Part shown: piece by piece, positions 1-9,759 of the stretch
How the letters are laid out: every line of letters starts with the position of its first letter
How positions within the stretch are numbered: the first letter of the stretch is position 1
DNA from: Corallochytrium limacisporum Hawaii
Taxonomy: Eukaryota > Protista > Pluriformea
Direction: 5' to 3'
Assembly: GCA_002811645.1 (NCBI GenBank)
Contig: PDIP01000082.1
Coordinates: forward strand, 112,580 to 176,579
DNA: 64,000 nt
The notes under the pieces: model-generated
What the model was told of the DNA's origin: nothing
What the model saw: only the letters and a program-made list of their open reading frames with translations
Database searches by the model: none
Translations under genes and position numbers: made by a program

Positions 1-185
1 AAAATAGCGAACGGGGGAAAGAACACACTCAGGCCTAGCACAGGAAGTGCCACAGGCAGGGCCAGAATTCCCAGAGTGGTCTTCTGCGCAAAATCCAAGA
101 GCATCTCATAGAATTCCCAAGACTTGACAGTCTGTTTGAACACGGCCGGAGCCATGTCCATGGCATTAACCTTTCCAGACGACAT
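1..185 (-). CDS. 5' part of a gene running off the window edge (hypothetical membrane protein)
   Basis: ATG at 185 (minus) opens MSSGKVNAMDMAPAVFKQTVKSWEFYEMLLDFAQKTTLGILALPVALPVLGLSVFFPPFAI with no stop before position 1. It has a hydrophobic stretch and is absent from the ORF track because it is truncated. Confidence 0.5.
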   Translation of the reverse strand, partial: MSSGKVNAMDMAPAVFKQTVKSWEFYEMLLDFAQKTTLGILALPVALPVLGLSVFFPPFAI

Positions 186-1361
186 GCTCGCTCCCAACGT
201 AACTAACCTACAGGGTAAGAACAAGGAACTAGATTTCGTAGTCCTTTAGACTGTGTGATCCCGCCTGGGCCATGTACCTTCTAGAGATCAGCACAATTTT
301 CGACTCAAATTGGCTTCCTCGTCAATGCTGGCTTCTGTCGTCTTCTGGCTTTTGTGTATCTCTGATTACAATTTAGTTCAAACCCGTACGCGTGATATCG
401 TAGTCTCACAGCACTTGACACAATCGGGCAGCACATCTCTTTCTCTCCCCCCCTCTCCCCCGGGGTTCCCCTTCCCCCTCCAAATTCAGTACGAGGGTTG
501 CCTTATAGTAAGAGAAGGCGACACGAAGTCAAACTTCCCAGCTCATTGGACACTCACTGTCCGGCACAGAGAATTCGTGCTCGCCATTGTGCGACAGCGT
601 CGTGGCCCGCAAGAATTCATGCCGCTCTATTTTTCTCACAGAAAGGGAACGAAAGGAGAGATCTGCTGGGGATGGTTCGGGACTTGGGAAAGGGGGGAGG
701 GGGAAACCGTGCAGAGGGTACCGTTCACCACTCATGGAAAAATGCTGGAGAAACTGCGTGCGTGTAATTAGTTCCCAAGCACACCTTTGCCCGAGCGCGT
801 CCTGTGCTCCTGCGATGAGCTCCTGCTCCGCGCAGTGTGACACGCTCAGTCTGGAGTGAGTGAAAAGGACTGGGAACTCGCCCTTGCCTCTTGGAATTTT
901 CACATTTCACGCCTGTCACGTCTCTCCCGCTCTCTAAATTGAGGGACTCGAGAGAAGGGGAAGAGAGAGGGACGGCGGTGTGCCCACCTGGGCACGCAAT
1001 TGCCAAGTCCCGCGGCACGGAGGGACGGGACCCCTGAAACTCGGCCAACAACCCGTCTGTTGCCCTGAAGTCCTTATCCTTTTTCCTTGCCCCCCCCCCC
1101 AAGGGGGGGTTTAGGGGAGGGGCCATCAGGCGACTGGTCATCCGACGCTGTGCTGGTGCTCCAAACGGTATGCTTAGAGATAAATGGTGCCCATTATACA
1201 TGCACCTCGCCTTAGACCATCAAGACAGAAGCAGTGCGCAAGGTCTTTTGCATGATGAACTGAATCCGGCAGAGACACCAAATCATCGAGTTTTTAGCAA
1301 TTGATTCGTTACCAAGTTTTGAAGCCCAAGGTAAATTAGTGAAAGTACTACTGTTCTATTC

Positions 1362-3092
1362 TTACCTGCGACGGTTTCGCGGGGGTACAACTGCGCTTGA
1401 GACCATTGGTACGGGACTTTGATCGAAGGGTTCTGCGCGGCCTTCGTGGGCTGGTGGAGTCGAAGGACGAGACGGGGGATGACGGAGGCTGTGGTGGGAC
1501 TCTGAGTACACTTGTTCAGCGCCCACGTCTTCTAAAGAGCGACTGTCACGACGGCGTCGTTTACGGTCTCCGTAAGAGGTGGGTGATAGTGATGCATCGC
1601 GATGGTTTCCATCCCGATCACTGTCCCGAGTTCGGCGCTGTCGAGCCTTTCTCGACAATGACTTTTCATATTCGTCCCGATGGCGATGTTCACGATCTTT
1701 ACGGTCACGGTAACGGTCCCGATCCGAGCCCCTTCGCTCATGATCCCGGACACGGTCGCGCGAACGATCGCGCGAGCCGTCTCGGTCACGCGAGTAGCGA
1801 CGTCCACCTCTGCGTCTGCGATCTCGGTCTTTGTCATCATTGCGTGCGTTCTCCCAGTCAAGGTCTCTGTCAGCTTTATATTCCCTTTTCTCTCGGTAGC
1901 GATCTCGGTCACGCTCGTAATCCCTTTCGTCGACCATACGCTCTCTCCGCCGCTGTTCCCTGTTATCATGGCGATGCCTAAAGCCACGGCTGTCCATACG
2001 ATCATTGTATGGGTCTACTTCCGAGAACCGTTCTGGGCTGTTGCGTTCAGAGTGATTCTGGTCGTTTTCACGCCTGCTGTCTCGATCATTTCGGGAACGG
2101 CGATACCTGTCATCCTGGTCGCCACTGCGGTAATCGCTGTAGCCACCTCTGTCGTGATCTCGATGACGATCCCTATTTCGATCAAAGTCACGACTACTAT
2201 GGCGGTAAGTATTGCCCCTCTGGTCTCTATCTGGTGTCCACGATCGACCACGGCCGTCGCGAGGATCAGTTTGCCGCTCAGCAAGAAAGTTCTTGTCTGC
2301 TAAGAGATCCTCACCTGCAATTAGCGCTCGATCCGGATCATCTTTATCCGCCTGGTTCATTGATAAGACGCCACTGAGTTCATGCTGCTTATTCATTTGC
2401 CAATGAAAGAGCCAGCTGTCTCCAGTCTTAAGCGGTTTCTTGATGAAGTGTTTGCACGGTCCCTTTTTCAGGCGACGTCCACGAAGATTCTCATCGTAAT
2501 TCATTGCCCGTACAGCAGCTTCCTCAGATGTAAATTCAATGAAACCAAAGCGTGGATCCGTTCCAGGTTCTCCGTTTACTCTCGCAAAATTAACATCACC
2601 AATGGCGCTAAAGTGATCCCACATTTCCAAAGGAGTAATATCGCTGGGCAGGTTCCCAACATAGATCATTTTCTTTGCCTCTATGCGTCTCTCTGGATCT
2701 GATTCGGCAGTTCCTGACTCCCTCTTACCATTCAAAAATACATCCTTGCTCATTCCCGCGCTCGCTGCTACGGCAGCAGGTAAAGCCACCTTCGCATGCT
2801 TAACCTTGTCCAGTTCGGGCCACTTCTTCAGACGACCTACAATGAGGGAACGGTCAAATAAAACGGTGCCAGTAAGATGTAAGCAAATATCTCCGTCATT
2901 CGCACGCTTGAATTCAATATATGCCGTTTTCGGCGACAACTCACCTTGGCTGGGGAACGTAGGAATAATGTCCATGCGCTCAACCTCCCCGATATATTCC
3001 AAGAGTTCGCGAACATGGTGTTCCTTTACAATTGGTGCGATGTTTGTGAATTGCACAAGCTTGGCTGGTAGAACTGTTCTACTTGAAGCCAT
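1362..3092 (-). CDS. SR-related splicing factor with two RRMs and an RD/RS-rich tail (SREK1/SRSF11 family)
   Basis: RRM1 LVQFTNIAP...TAYIEF...HLTGTVLFDRSLIV is typical of SRSF11/SREK1. RRM2 is IYVGNLP...RFGFIEF, followed by a long R/D/S dipeptide region. First ATG is at 3092 (the track start is TTG). Confidence 0.8.
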   Translation of the reverse strand: MASSRTVLPAKLVQFTNIAPIVKEHHVRELLEYIGEVERMDIIPTFPSQGELSPKTAYIEFKRANDGDICLHLTGTVLFDRSLIVGRLKKWPELDKVKHAKVALPAAVAASAGMSKDVFLNGKRESGTAESDPERRIEAKKMIYVGNLPSDITPLEMWDHFSAIGDVNFARVNGEPGTDPRFGFIEFTSEEAAVRAMNYDENLRGRRLKKGPCKHFIKKPLKTGDSWLFHWQMNKQHELSGVLSMNQADKDDPDRALIAGEDLLADKNFLAERQTDPRDGRGRSWTPDRDQRGNTYRHSSRDFDRNRDRHRDHDRGGYSDYRSGDQDDRYRRSRNDRDSRRENDQNHSERNSPERFSEVDPYNDRMDSRGFRHRHDNREQRRRERMVDERDYERDRDRYREKREYKADRDLDWENARNDDKDRDRRRRGGRRYSRDRDGSRDRSRDRVRDHERRGSDRDRYRDRKDREHRHRDEYEKSLSRKARQRRTRDSDRDGNHRDASLSPTSYGDRKRRRRDSRSLEDVGAEQVYSESHHSLRHPPSRPSTPPAHEGRAEPFDQSPVPMVSSAVVPPRNRRR

Positions 3093-3911
3093 AGTGTGTG
3101 CGTCTGTTTCTAAATTCAAAGATCGTTAGTATCCACTACCTACCTCATCGCGTAACATGTATTCTCCTGAACGATGCCATTGAAAAGAAATGAAATAAAT
3201 GGTAGGACCAATGCTCAAAGTCAAATTCTTACATGTTAGTAATGAATGGATGACAGTACATATTCACTATTCCTGACCTCAGATGCCTAACTTTCCTTCA
3301 CATTACTCATTCATAATTCCTATTTCCGTGGCACTGATACCGACAGAATAGAAAACTGCAACCCGGGTACAAACGGCTTCGATTGTTTCTCTTCGAATTC
3401 GCAAACTTTGGCGGCGGTTAAATCAATTTGTACCACAATCTTAGCCGCGAACAAACCAAACCAAAACCGTACAAGTAGGCATCAAGTTGGTGACGTGTTG
3501 CAAAGACTGCCTTCATCTGGTTGAAAGCCAAGGGTTCAGGCACCAACGGAAGACAGCGCGGATCCATGCTCGGGGGGCATTCCCTGTAGACGTACTCGAC
3601 TTTTTGCGGGTCTCTCTCCTTTGCCTATAACGCGCGCGCCCTCCCCCCTAGCAATTTCTCTCTTCCCGCGTGTCCGGGTCCCCGGGCCGGGCAGGGCTGA
3701 CGGACAGAGGGTCGGGCAGACATGCATTTGCGACGCTGGTGACCTGTCGCAGGGTGAGTACCATTGAGTATTTCAACACCCAAGATTCAGTGTGGAACGG
3801 TGGATTGCTTAACTTTGTATCGCAATGGGACAGCACAGAGAGAAGCGGCGGCGATGGGGTAAGTGAGTGAAGATCGCCTCCTTGGCAAACTTGGAGCAAA
3901 CCTTTTCCAGA

Positions 3912-6236
3912 ATGAAGGGTCCAGCACGGCGAGCCGTGTCGCAAACAATGAAATTGCGGCCGTCAGCCAGGCCGAAACGACTCACTGGTAGGACACCTAA
4001 GTCGAGAGGCAAGGTCTCGCCTCTGGAGACTTCAAGAGAAATCCACAAGACGCTGCACCAGCAGCAGAGGTACGATGTACCGGACTGGATGCGGATAGCA
4101 TCTATTAACGTAGATAGTCCGCCCAAATTTATTTTCTTCCAATTACCACCGGAAAAAGACCCCGAGTACAATAGGCTGTCGCGGATAGTTGGCAGCGTCC
4201 CGGATTCACTCAATTTCATTGACACACTGCCGCAGAATTCGTTCGAGCGGGGCACACGGGCTGTGGATATTGACAGAAATGCTCCATTGCTCCACAAGGT
4301 TCAAGACGCTACCCTGTTTCAGATGGGTGCATTGGACTATCGTCTCATGATCAACCATGTGGAGAACTGCCACCTGTGGGCGCGCGCCGAGGCACAACTG
4401 TGGACAAGGCTCGCGGACAACCTGCCAGTGGACAAGAAGCAGCGTGGTTACCGGCAGAAAGTCCGGGATGAAAAGCGAGCTATGGATGCTACTATGGAAC
4501 AGCAAGTCGACGACCACGTCCAGTACGTCAACGAATTACGGGAGCACCTGGCGTCGGTAACTGGATGGGGAATGGGCGGACAATATCCGCATCCCACGGA
4601 ACCAGCACTCAGAAGGGACTCCCACTTCAAAGACTGTGCGGAGGTTGATATGGCACGGGAACCATTTGTGCAAATGATCAAGCAGCAGATCTCTAAGACC
4701 CTTGTGTCTCATGCCAGTGATGGAGACTTAGGTGCATATGCTCAGTACTTGGGACATGATCTGAACTATTACAAGCCTCAGGTGGCTCGTGCGTTGGCCA
4801 GTGTTGCGTCTCTTTTCGGAGTTGGTAGTAGCAAGCAGGCTGGTGACTTTGACGTGTCCACATGGACTCCAGAAATGAGAGAGGCCGTACGCAACGAGAT
4901 CGCAGATGATCTTGCCCCTCAAGTGGTAAACTCAATGACATGGTATACATATTTTCATCAGAATGTGGAGCCTTTGAAGGCACCGTTGGTCATGGAGGCA
5001 CCTAAAGGATACTTTGACGAAGCACCTTTCTGTGGTGCCCATGTCATTGACTACGGTATGCTTCCCTATCTGCGGGCACGCGATCGCCACCTAACGGGTG
5101 TGAGAGGGATTCCTCAACATTTTGTGTACTTTACGTATTTCTTCACACCCATGAAGGGCAATGCGATCATGTACACGCTGACAGATGCACCTAAGTACGA
5201 AGAAGAGTTGTCAAAACCTGGGACAGAGCAGTCCGAGTTTGCTCTGAGGTTGGAACGAATGTCAATCTACGACAATTTTGTGACCGTTTGGCCCCAGGAT
5301 GAGAAACCGGGGCGTGAATTGATTGACCCCTTTGACAATTCAGTGACTGATGGGCCAAGGACACTCGAACGTCATCAAGCAGCGGAACGGGCATACTTTG
5401 AGAGGATGCGTAGGCTCTGTCAGGAACAGTCGCTGCAAAGTGTTGCCCTTCGGAAGGATATTGCGCGACTTTCAGATCTCGACATCGATGACTACAACCA
5501 CGAGGCCATAGGCCGAGTCTTCACTAGTTTCGACACAGCATACGGTAACGAGTGGCAGGACATGTTTGGTCTTGAAGAAGCGAGTCGACACTACCACACA
5601 AATGTTCTCACTTTGGCGGTGCCGTACTTCATGCCGTTCCGTGAGGTATTGCCGCAGTGGCTGTTTCGAATGAGGCGCTGCTTCTGGATCGGAAGGTGCT
5701 TGGCTGAAATGTCTGCGGTGACTCGCCATCCGCAAGCCTGGCATGGCCAGCACGAGGCACAACGTATTGCGTTGTACCATGCTGCATACACCGAGGAGAG
5801 CCCCGGTGATGCCCTGGAAGACCATCTCTATCACCAAAGCTTCCTACACCAAGCGGTGAACAATAGTCAGGTTGAGTTTTCGCAAGCTGTGCATCAGCTT
5901 GCGCAGACCAAACACCCCATGTATCATACTCCAGAAGTCACCGATGCTTTTCTCAAGGCAGCAGAAGCACTGGATACCACACGAAAATCATCCTTGGGCT
6001 TCATGGGTCGCCCTGGCCGCTACCAAACATCAGAAGCCTATTTTGACCACTTCTTCCAAGACAAAGAAGTCGAGTTCGACGCGAGTGCAACCCAACAGCA
6101 CCTTCGTGACGACATTCTCGGTCCTTTGATGTTCAACATGGCTACAAATCAGTGGAAGGAGCACTCTGATAGCATGGTACAGAAGGCGGCGGGAGAAGAT
6201 GAGCGTGAAGCCGGAAATGAAGGCCCGAAAACATGA
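3912..6236 (+). CDS. Hypothetical ~774-aa protein, possible mitochondrial presequence
   Basis: Long uninterrupted ORF with globular composition. The N-terminus is R/K/S/T-rich and lacks acidic residues (MKGPARRAVSQTMKLRPSARPKRLTGR). No family recognised. Confidence 0.75.
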   Translation: MKGPARRAVSQTMKLRPSARPKRLTGRTPKSRGKVSPLETSREIHKTLHQQQRYDVPDWMRIASINVDSPPKFIFFQLPPEKDPEYNRLSRIVGSVPDSLNFIDTLPQNSFERGTRAVDIDRNAPLLHKVQDATLFQMGALDYRLMINHVENCHLWARAEAQLWTRLADNLPVDKKQRGYRQKVRDEKRAMDATMEQQVDDHVQYVNELREHLASVTGWGMGGQYPHPTEPALRRDSHFKDCAEVDMAREPFVQMIKQQISKTLVSHASDGDLGAYAQYLGHDLNYYKPQVARALASVASLFGVGSSKQAGDFDVSTWTPEMREAVRNEIADDLAPQVVNSMTWYTYFHQNVEPLKAPLVMEAPKGYFDEAPFCGAHVIDYGMLPYLRARDRHLTGVRGIPQHFVYFTYFFTPMKGNAIMYTLTDAPKYEEELSKPGTEQSEFALRLERMSIYDNFVTVWPQDEKPGRELIDPFDNSVTDGPRTLERHQAAERAYFERMRRLCQEQSLQSVALRKDIARLSDLDIDDYNHEAIGRVFTSFDTAYGNEWQDMFGLEEASRHYHTNVLTLAVPYFMPFREVLPQWLFRMRRCFWIGRCLAEMSAVTRHPQAWHGQHEAQRIALYHAAYTEESPGDALEDHLYHQSFLHQAVNNSQVEFSQAVHQLAQTKHPMYHTPEVTDAFLKAAEALDTTRKSSLGFMGRPGRYQTSEAYFDHFFQDKEVEFDASATQQHLRDDILGPLMFNMATNQWKEHSDSMVQKAAGEDEREAGNEGPKT

Positions 6237-6506
6237 GCGAGAAGCCCCCCTTCCCGGAGGGGGGGGGGAAAGGGAGAGGGGAAAGGTTAAGGGTGCCGGT
6301 ATACACGGTGAGACTTCCCGTTTGCCAGTCTCACCCATCTCTGCCCAAGTTAGCACACACGCTTCGGAGCTGTCCTCCACAGGGTACATGAAGGGTCTTT
6401 GTTCAGTGTGGTGACTTCATTCCACAAGGAGTGAAAACATTTGAAGTAATAATTTGTGTAATATAAGCAACAAAGTTCATAGGATAATAGTAAGAGGGTC
6501 AGGAAG

Positions 6507-7204
6507 ATGGCTACAGCTGGCGAAGACCGTGGGATCTGTGCCCTTAGCGAGATCCAGAACTTTGAACAGGGATCCAATGCTGCTGAGCGCGCAAAACTAC
6601 GACATGCTGCCAAGAAGAAGATACTTTCTGAGGAGGGGAAAGAGAATAACCGAACAACTCTCTCAAAAAGGAAACCTGTGGTCTCGAGGACGGCAGTCTG
6701 CAAGGAATCTGGGACTCAAACTGAGCTGATCGGGGAAGACCTAGACTTTAAAATAGAGTGGATGAAATTCCTTAGAACCAAACAACGTCCGAATCTATGG
6801 TGTCGTTTGTGTGGTACTGCTGAGACCAGCAATTGGCGTACGGGCCCTTGGGGCGGTCAGACGCTGTGCAAGTAAGTGCCAGATAAAGTCTACGGCAAGC
6901 AACTAAACATGAGAGAACAAATGGATATTGACCAAACTTCCGAAACAGTGGTTGTGGTAGTGCATACCTAGGCTATGGTAGAGCAGTAAGCATGGATTTG
7001 TCCATGTTCAAGGGCGAAAAGAATCGTACAGTTCCCGTAGCGATCGACGACCCAGACCTGTTCTGTAGGTTGAGGAACCCAAAGAAGCTCATGTCCGGGC
7101 GCAAACGCTCTGGGACGGCCAACAGGAAGGAGATGGAAGAGACAGCCTCCATCCTACTGGGGCTAAGCACTGCCGGCCGCACTCAAGAGCTGCAGAAGAT
7201 ATGA
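6507..7204 (+). CDS. Single-finger GATA transcription factor (type IVb, C-X2-C-X18-C-X2-C); exons 6507-6871 and 6949-7204
   Basis: Exon 1 ends CRLCGTAETSNWRTGPWGGQTLC-aa. Removing GTAAGT(6872)...AACAG(6948) restores LCNGCG in frame with the downstream ORF 6992-7204. Confidence 0.88.
6872..6948 (+). other. Spliceosomal intron (77 nt, GT-AG, phase 2) in the GATA finger
   Basis: GTAAGT donor, TTGAC branch-like motif and CAG acceptor. Splicing is required to complete the zinc finger. Confidence 0.88.
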
Positions 7205-7402
7205 CCTGACTATTGAAGTTCCCAGAAAATTCTACTCTACAATTCATGAAGCAGGCACTGGCTTTGGGCCTTTCAAGTGCTATTTCCAAACTGTGACTCT
7301 AATATGTATGAACTATGCGGTAACGTAAATGCAAACGATGACGACGAATAGAAGTGCCAAAAGGGAGTATGTGGGCGTCGTCTTTTCTTTAACAACGGAT
7401 AG

Positions 7403-8605
7403 TCATGGGACATGCGCCCCGAGGTGTATGGTCTCCATAGCGCAGTGACGACTGCAAACCTGGTGCGCGAGGGGCATGAGGCTGAAGGGTCCAGACCGTA
7501 GGGCCCGACAGGTTTCCGGGGCCATGTAGTTGTGGCTGATGCAAACGAAAGGATCCGTGTAGTATGGACCCTTGCAGTAGTGGCAAGTCTGCGGCTCACC
7601 AACCACATTGTCGATTACGTCCTTGGGGATGATCTTCTGCAGACGTCCCATCGGCATCGTCCGAATGACCACGCGAGAGGCCAGTGATTGCAATGTCTGC
7701 ACCCCCGGGTCAACGATCCGTGGAACAACCTCGTCATCAATGGGCAGGTCGCAGTTGAAGCTTACCAGGCTGCGCAATTTGCAGAATTCGTACGGCAGCG
7801 AGGAAAGGTTGTTGCCCTTGCAGTACAGGACGGACAGCTGCGTGAGGTTACCGAGTTCCGGGATAAGCGCGGTCAGACGATTGTTGCGCACATAAAGCCA
7901 AGACAACTTCGCTAGACGACCCATGCTCCGTGGCAGTGTTGTGATGAGATTGCTCGTCACATCAAGGATGGTCAGATTGCGAAGGTCCCCGATGCTCTCC
8001 GGCAGCTCCTCCAGGGCGCAGTTGTAAGCGTAGACCACGGACAGGTTTCCGCACTGAGTGATTTCCTCCGGCAGGTGCTTCAAAGTAGGATTATTGCTAA
8101 GATAGATCTTTTCCAAAGATTGACATTGCCCGATTTCCGGTGGCAGCTCTACCAATTCGTTGCTGTGCAGGTCGAGGACGGTGATGTTGAGCTCTGTAAA
8201 GAACTCGCCCGGCAGTGTCCTCAAACCATTGTCATTGAGGTAGACCGTCGTCAGGCTGCGCATGCTGACGATGGACTTGGGTATGCTTCCGATACGGTTA
8301 GTGGTCAAGTCCAAAAGGTGAGCCTTGGCCATCTGTGTTACTTCTGAGGGCAAGCAAGTCAGTGCCCGGTCGAACAGATAGATCTCTTGGTCGTGGACGG
8401 TCATAACGGCCACAGAACCATTGGGCAAGGTCACAGGGATCACTTCTTTCTCCGGATGTCGCACCAAAGACACCTCCTTACTGATGGAGTCAATGGTTAC
8501 GTTGAGTCCGATTTCTGGGTGAGTAAAATAGTCCATTCTGTTAGGCATGAAGAGGGCGCGCAGACCAGCCGTCTGAGCTCCAAGAACTCCCGGACTATCG
8601 ATCAT
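7403..8605 (-). CDS. Leucine-rich repeat protein with a BC-box-like motif and C-terminal Cys cluster (LRRC58/LRRC28/LRRC69-like)
   Basis: About 9 LxxLxLxxNxLxxLP repeats, then VQTLQSLASRVV and CHYCKGPYY...PLAHQVCSRHC. Confidence 0.75.
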   Translation of the reverse strand: MIDSPGVLGAQTAGLRALFMPNRMDYFTHPEIGLNVTIDSISKEVSLVRHPEKEVIPVTLPNGSVAVMTVHDQEIYLFDRALTCLPSEVTQMAKAHLLDLTTNRIGSIPKSIVSMRSLTTVYLNDNGLRTLPGEFFTELNITVLDLHSNELVELPPEIGQCQSLEKIYLSNNPTLKHLPEEITQCGNLSVVYAYNCALEELPESIGDLRNLTILDVTSNLITTLPRSMGRLAKLSWLYVRNNRLTALIPELGNLTQLSVLYCKGNNLSSLPYEFCKLRSLVSFNCDLPIDDEVVPRIVDPGVQTLQSLASRVVIRTMPMGRLQKIIPKDVIDNVVGEPQTCHYCKGPYYTDPFVCISHNYMAPETCRALRSGPFSLMPLAHQVCSRHCAMETIHLGAHVP

Positions 8606-9487
8606 GGTTACTGATTCTTTAACTGTAGTTCAAATACGGTCCTTGTGGCAAGTCTGCTTTCTTCACTGTCCGCCACTTAACTCTACCACATTACTATTGG
8701 ACGTTCCTGTAGGTACACAATATATTTCTTTAGTCGCACTAGAGCTCTACTATTGCTCGATTCTTCACGTGCCGGTGTCCAACCCCGCATGGTGCGCGAT
8801 CGCGGTGCCACCTTATACCTGCAATGTCTGCCACATCATCGTGGGGCCCGTAATCCTCCGTCTCGTTCCCATTCTCCTGCTCACATACTGCCACAGCAGT
8901 GGTGAAGTTGTCGGCTGTGCGGACACGTACATGCGCCGCTAATTCATTACGGCAACGTCTCTACCGTGGACTATTGCGAGCCTGCGCGCACCAGACTGCT
9001 CGCCGGGCCTCGCGCGAGGGGGGGGCGAAACGACCCGCGAGGCGGGAACGACAATCTATCTGGGTCCGACAAAACTGAGAGAAATTTATCAGTTTATTTA
9101 TTATTGAATGTGAAATTTCTCGACGGACGGAAACGCAGTGGACGAGGGTCGCCCGCAGCACAGAAAACCCGTCGCTGATCCCCCCGACCAATCGATCATC
9201 TTCGGTTCCTTTGCGGTTCGTTTCCCCCAGCGCGCGCGATAGGCGATGTGCAGACAAATATGCATCCGCCCTTGTGATGTCAGAACATTTTGTACCGAAA
9301 TTGTCGTGGTAGTCACATCTCTACCTATCTTTTCTTTGTTCTCCCTTCGATTCATATCGCACGGGGACGGAAGGCCCCTCCCCCCCCCTCTCCATTTTCC
9401 AAACCACCACGGTCCAAACGGGCGGGTGAGTTCCTTAGTCGGCCCCGAAGGAACAGAACGGAACGGCAGGGAAGGGAAGGGTGGGGG

Positions 9488-9759
9488 NNNNNNNNNNNNN
9501 NNNNNNNNNNNNNNNNNNNNNNNNNNNNNNNNNNNNNNNNNNNNNNNNNNNNNNNNNNNNNNNNNNNNNNNNNNNNNNNNNNNNNNNNNNNNNNNNNNNN
9601 NNNNNNNNNNNNNNNNNNNNNNNNNNNNNNNNNNNNNNNNNNNNNNNNNNNNNNNNNNNNNNNNNNNNNNNNNNNNNNNNNNNNNNNNNNNNNNNNNNNN
9701 NNNNNNNNNNNNNNNNNNNNNNNNNNNNNNNNNNNNNNNNNNNNNNNNNNNNNNNNNNN
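9488..9759. other. Assembly gap (N run)
   Basis: 272 N, flanked by a G tract on the left and a C-rich tract on the right. Confidence 1.

Noticed and set aside
1103-1121. TTAGGG-like motif within a G tract
   Set aside because: It is a single copy, not a telomeric array.
1397-2303. Overlapping alternate-frame and antisense ORFs in the RD/RS-repeat region
   Set aside because: They are a by-product of repetitive Arg/Asp codons, which lack stops in the other frames.
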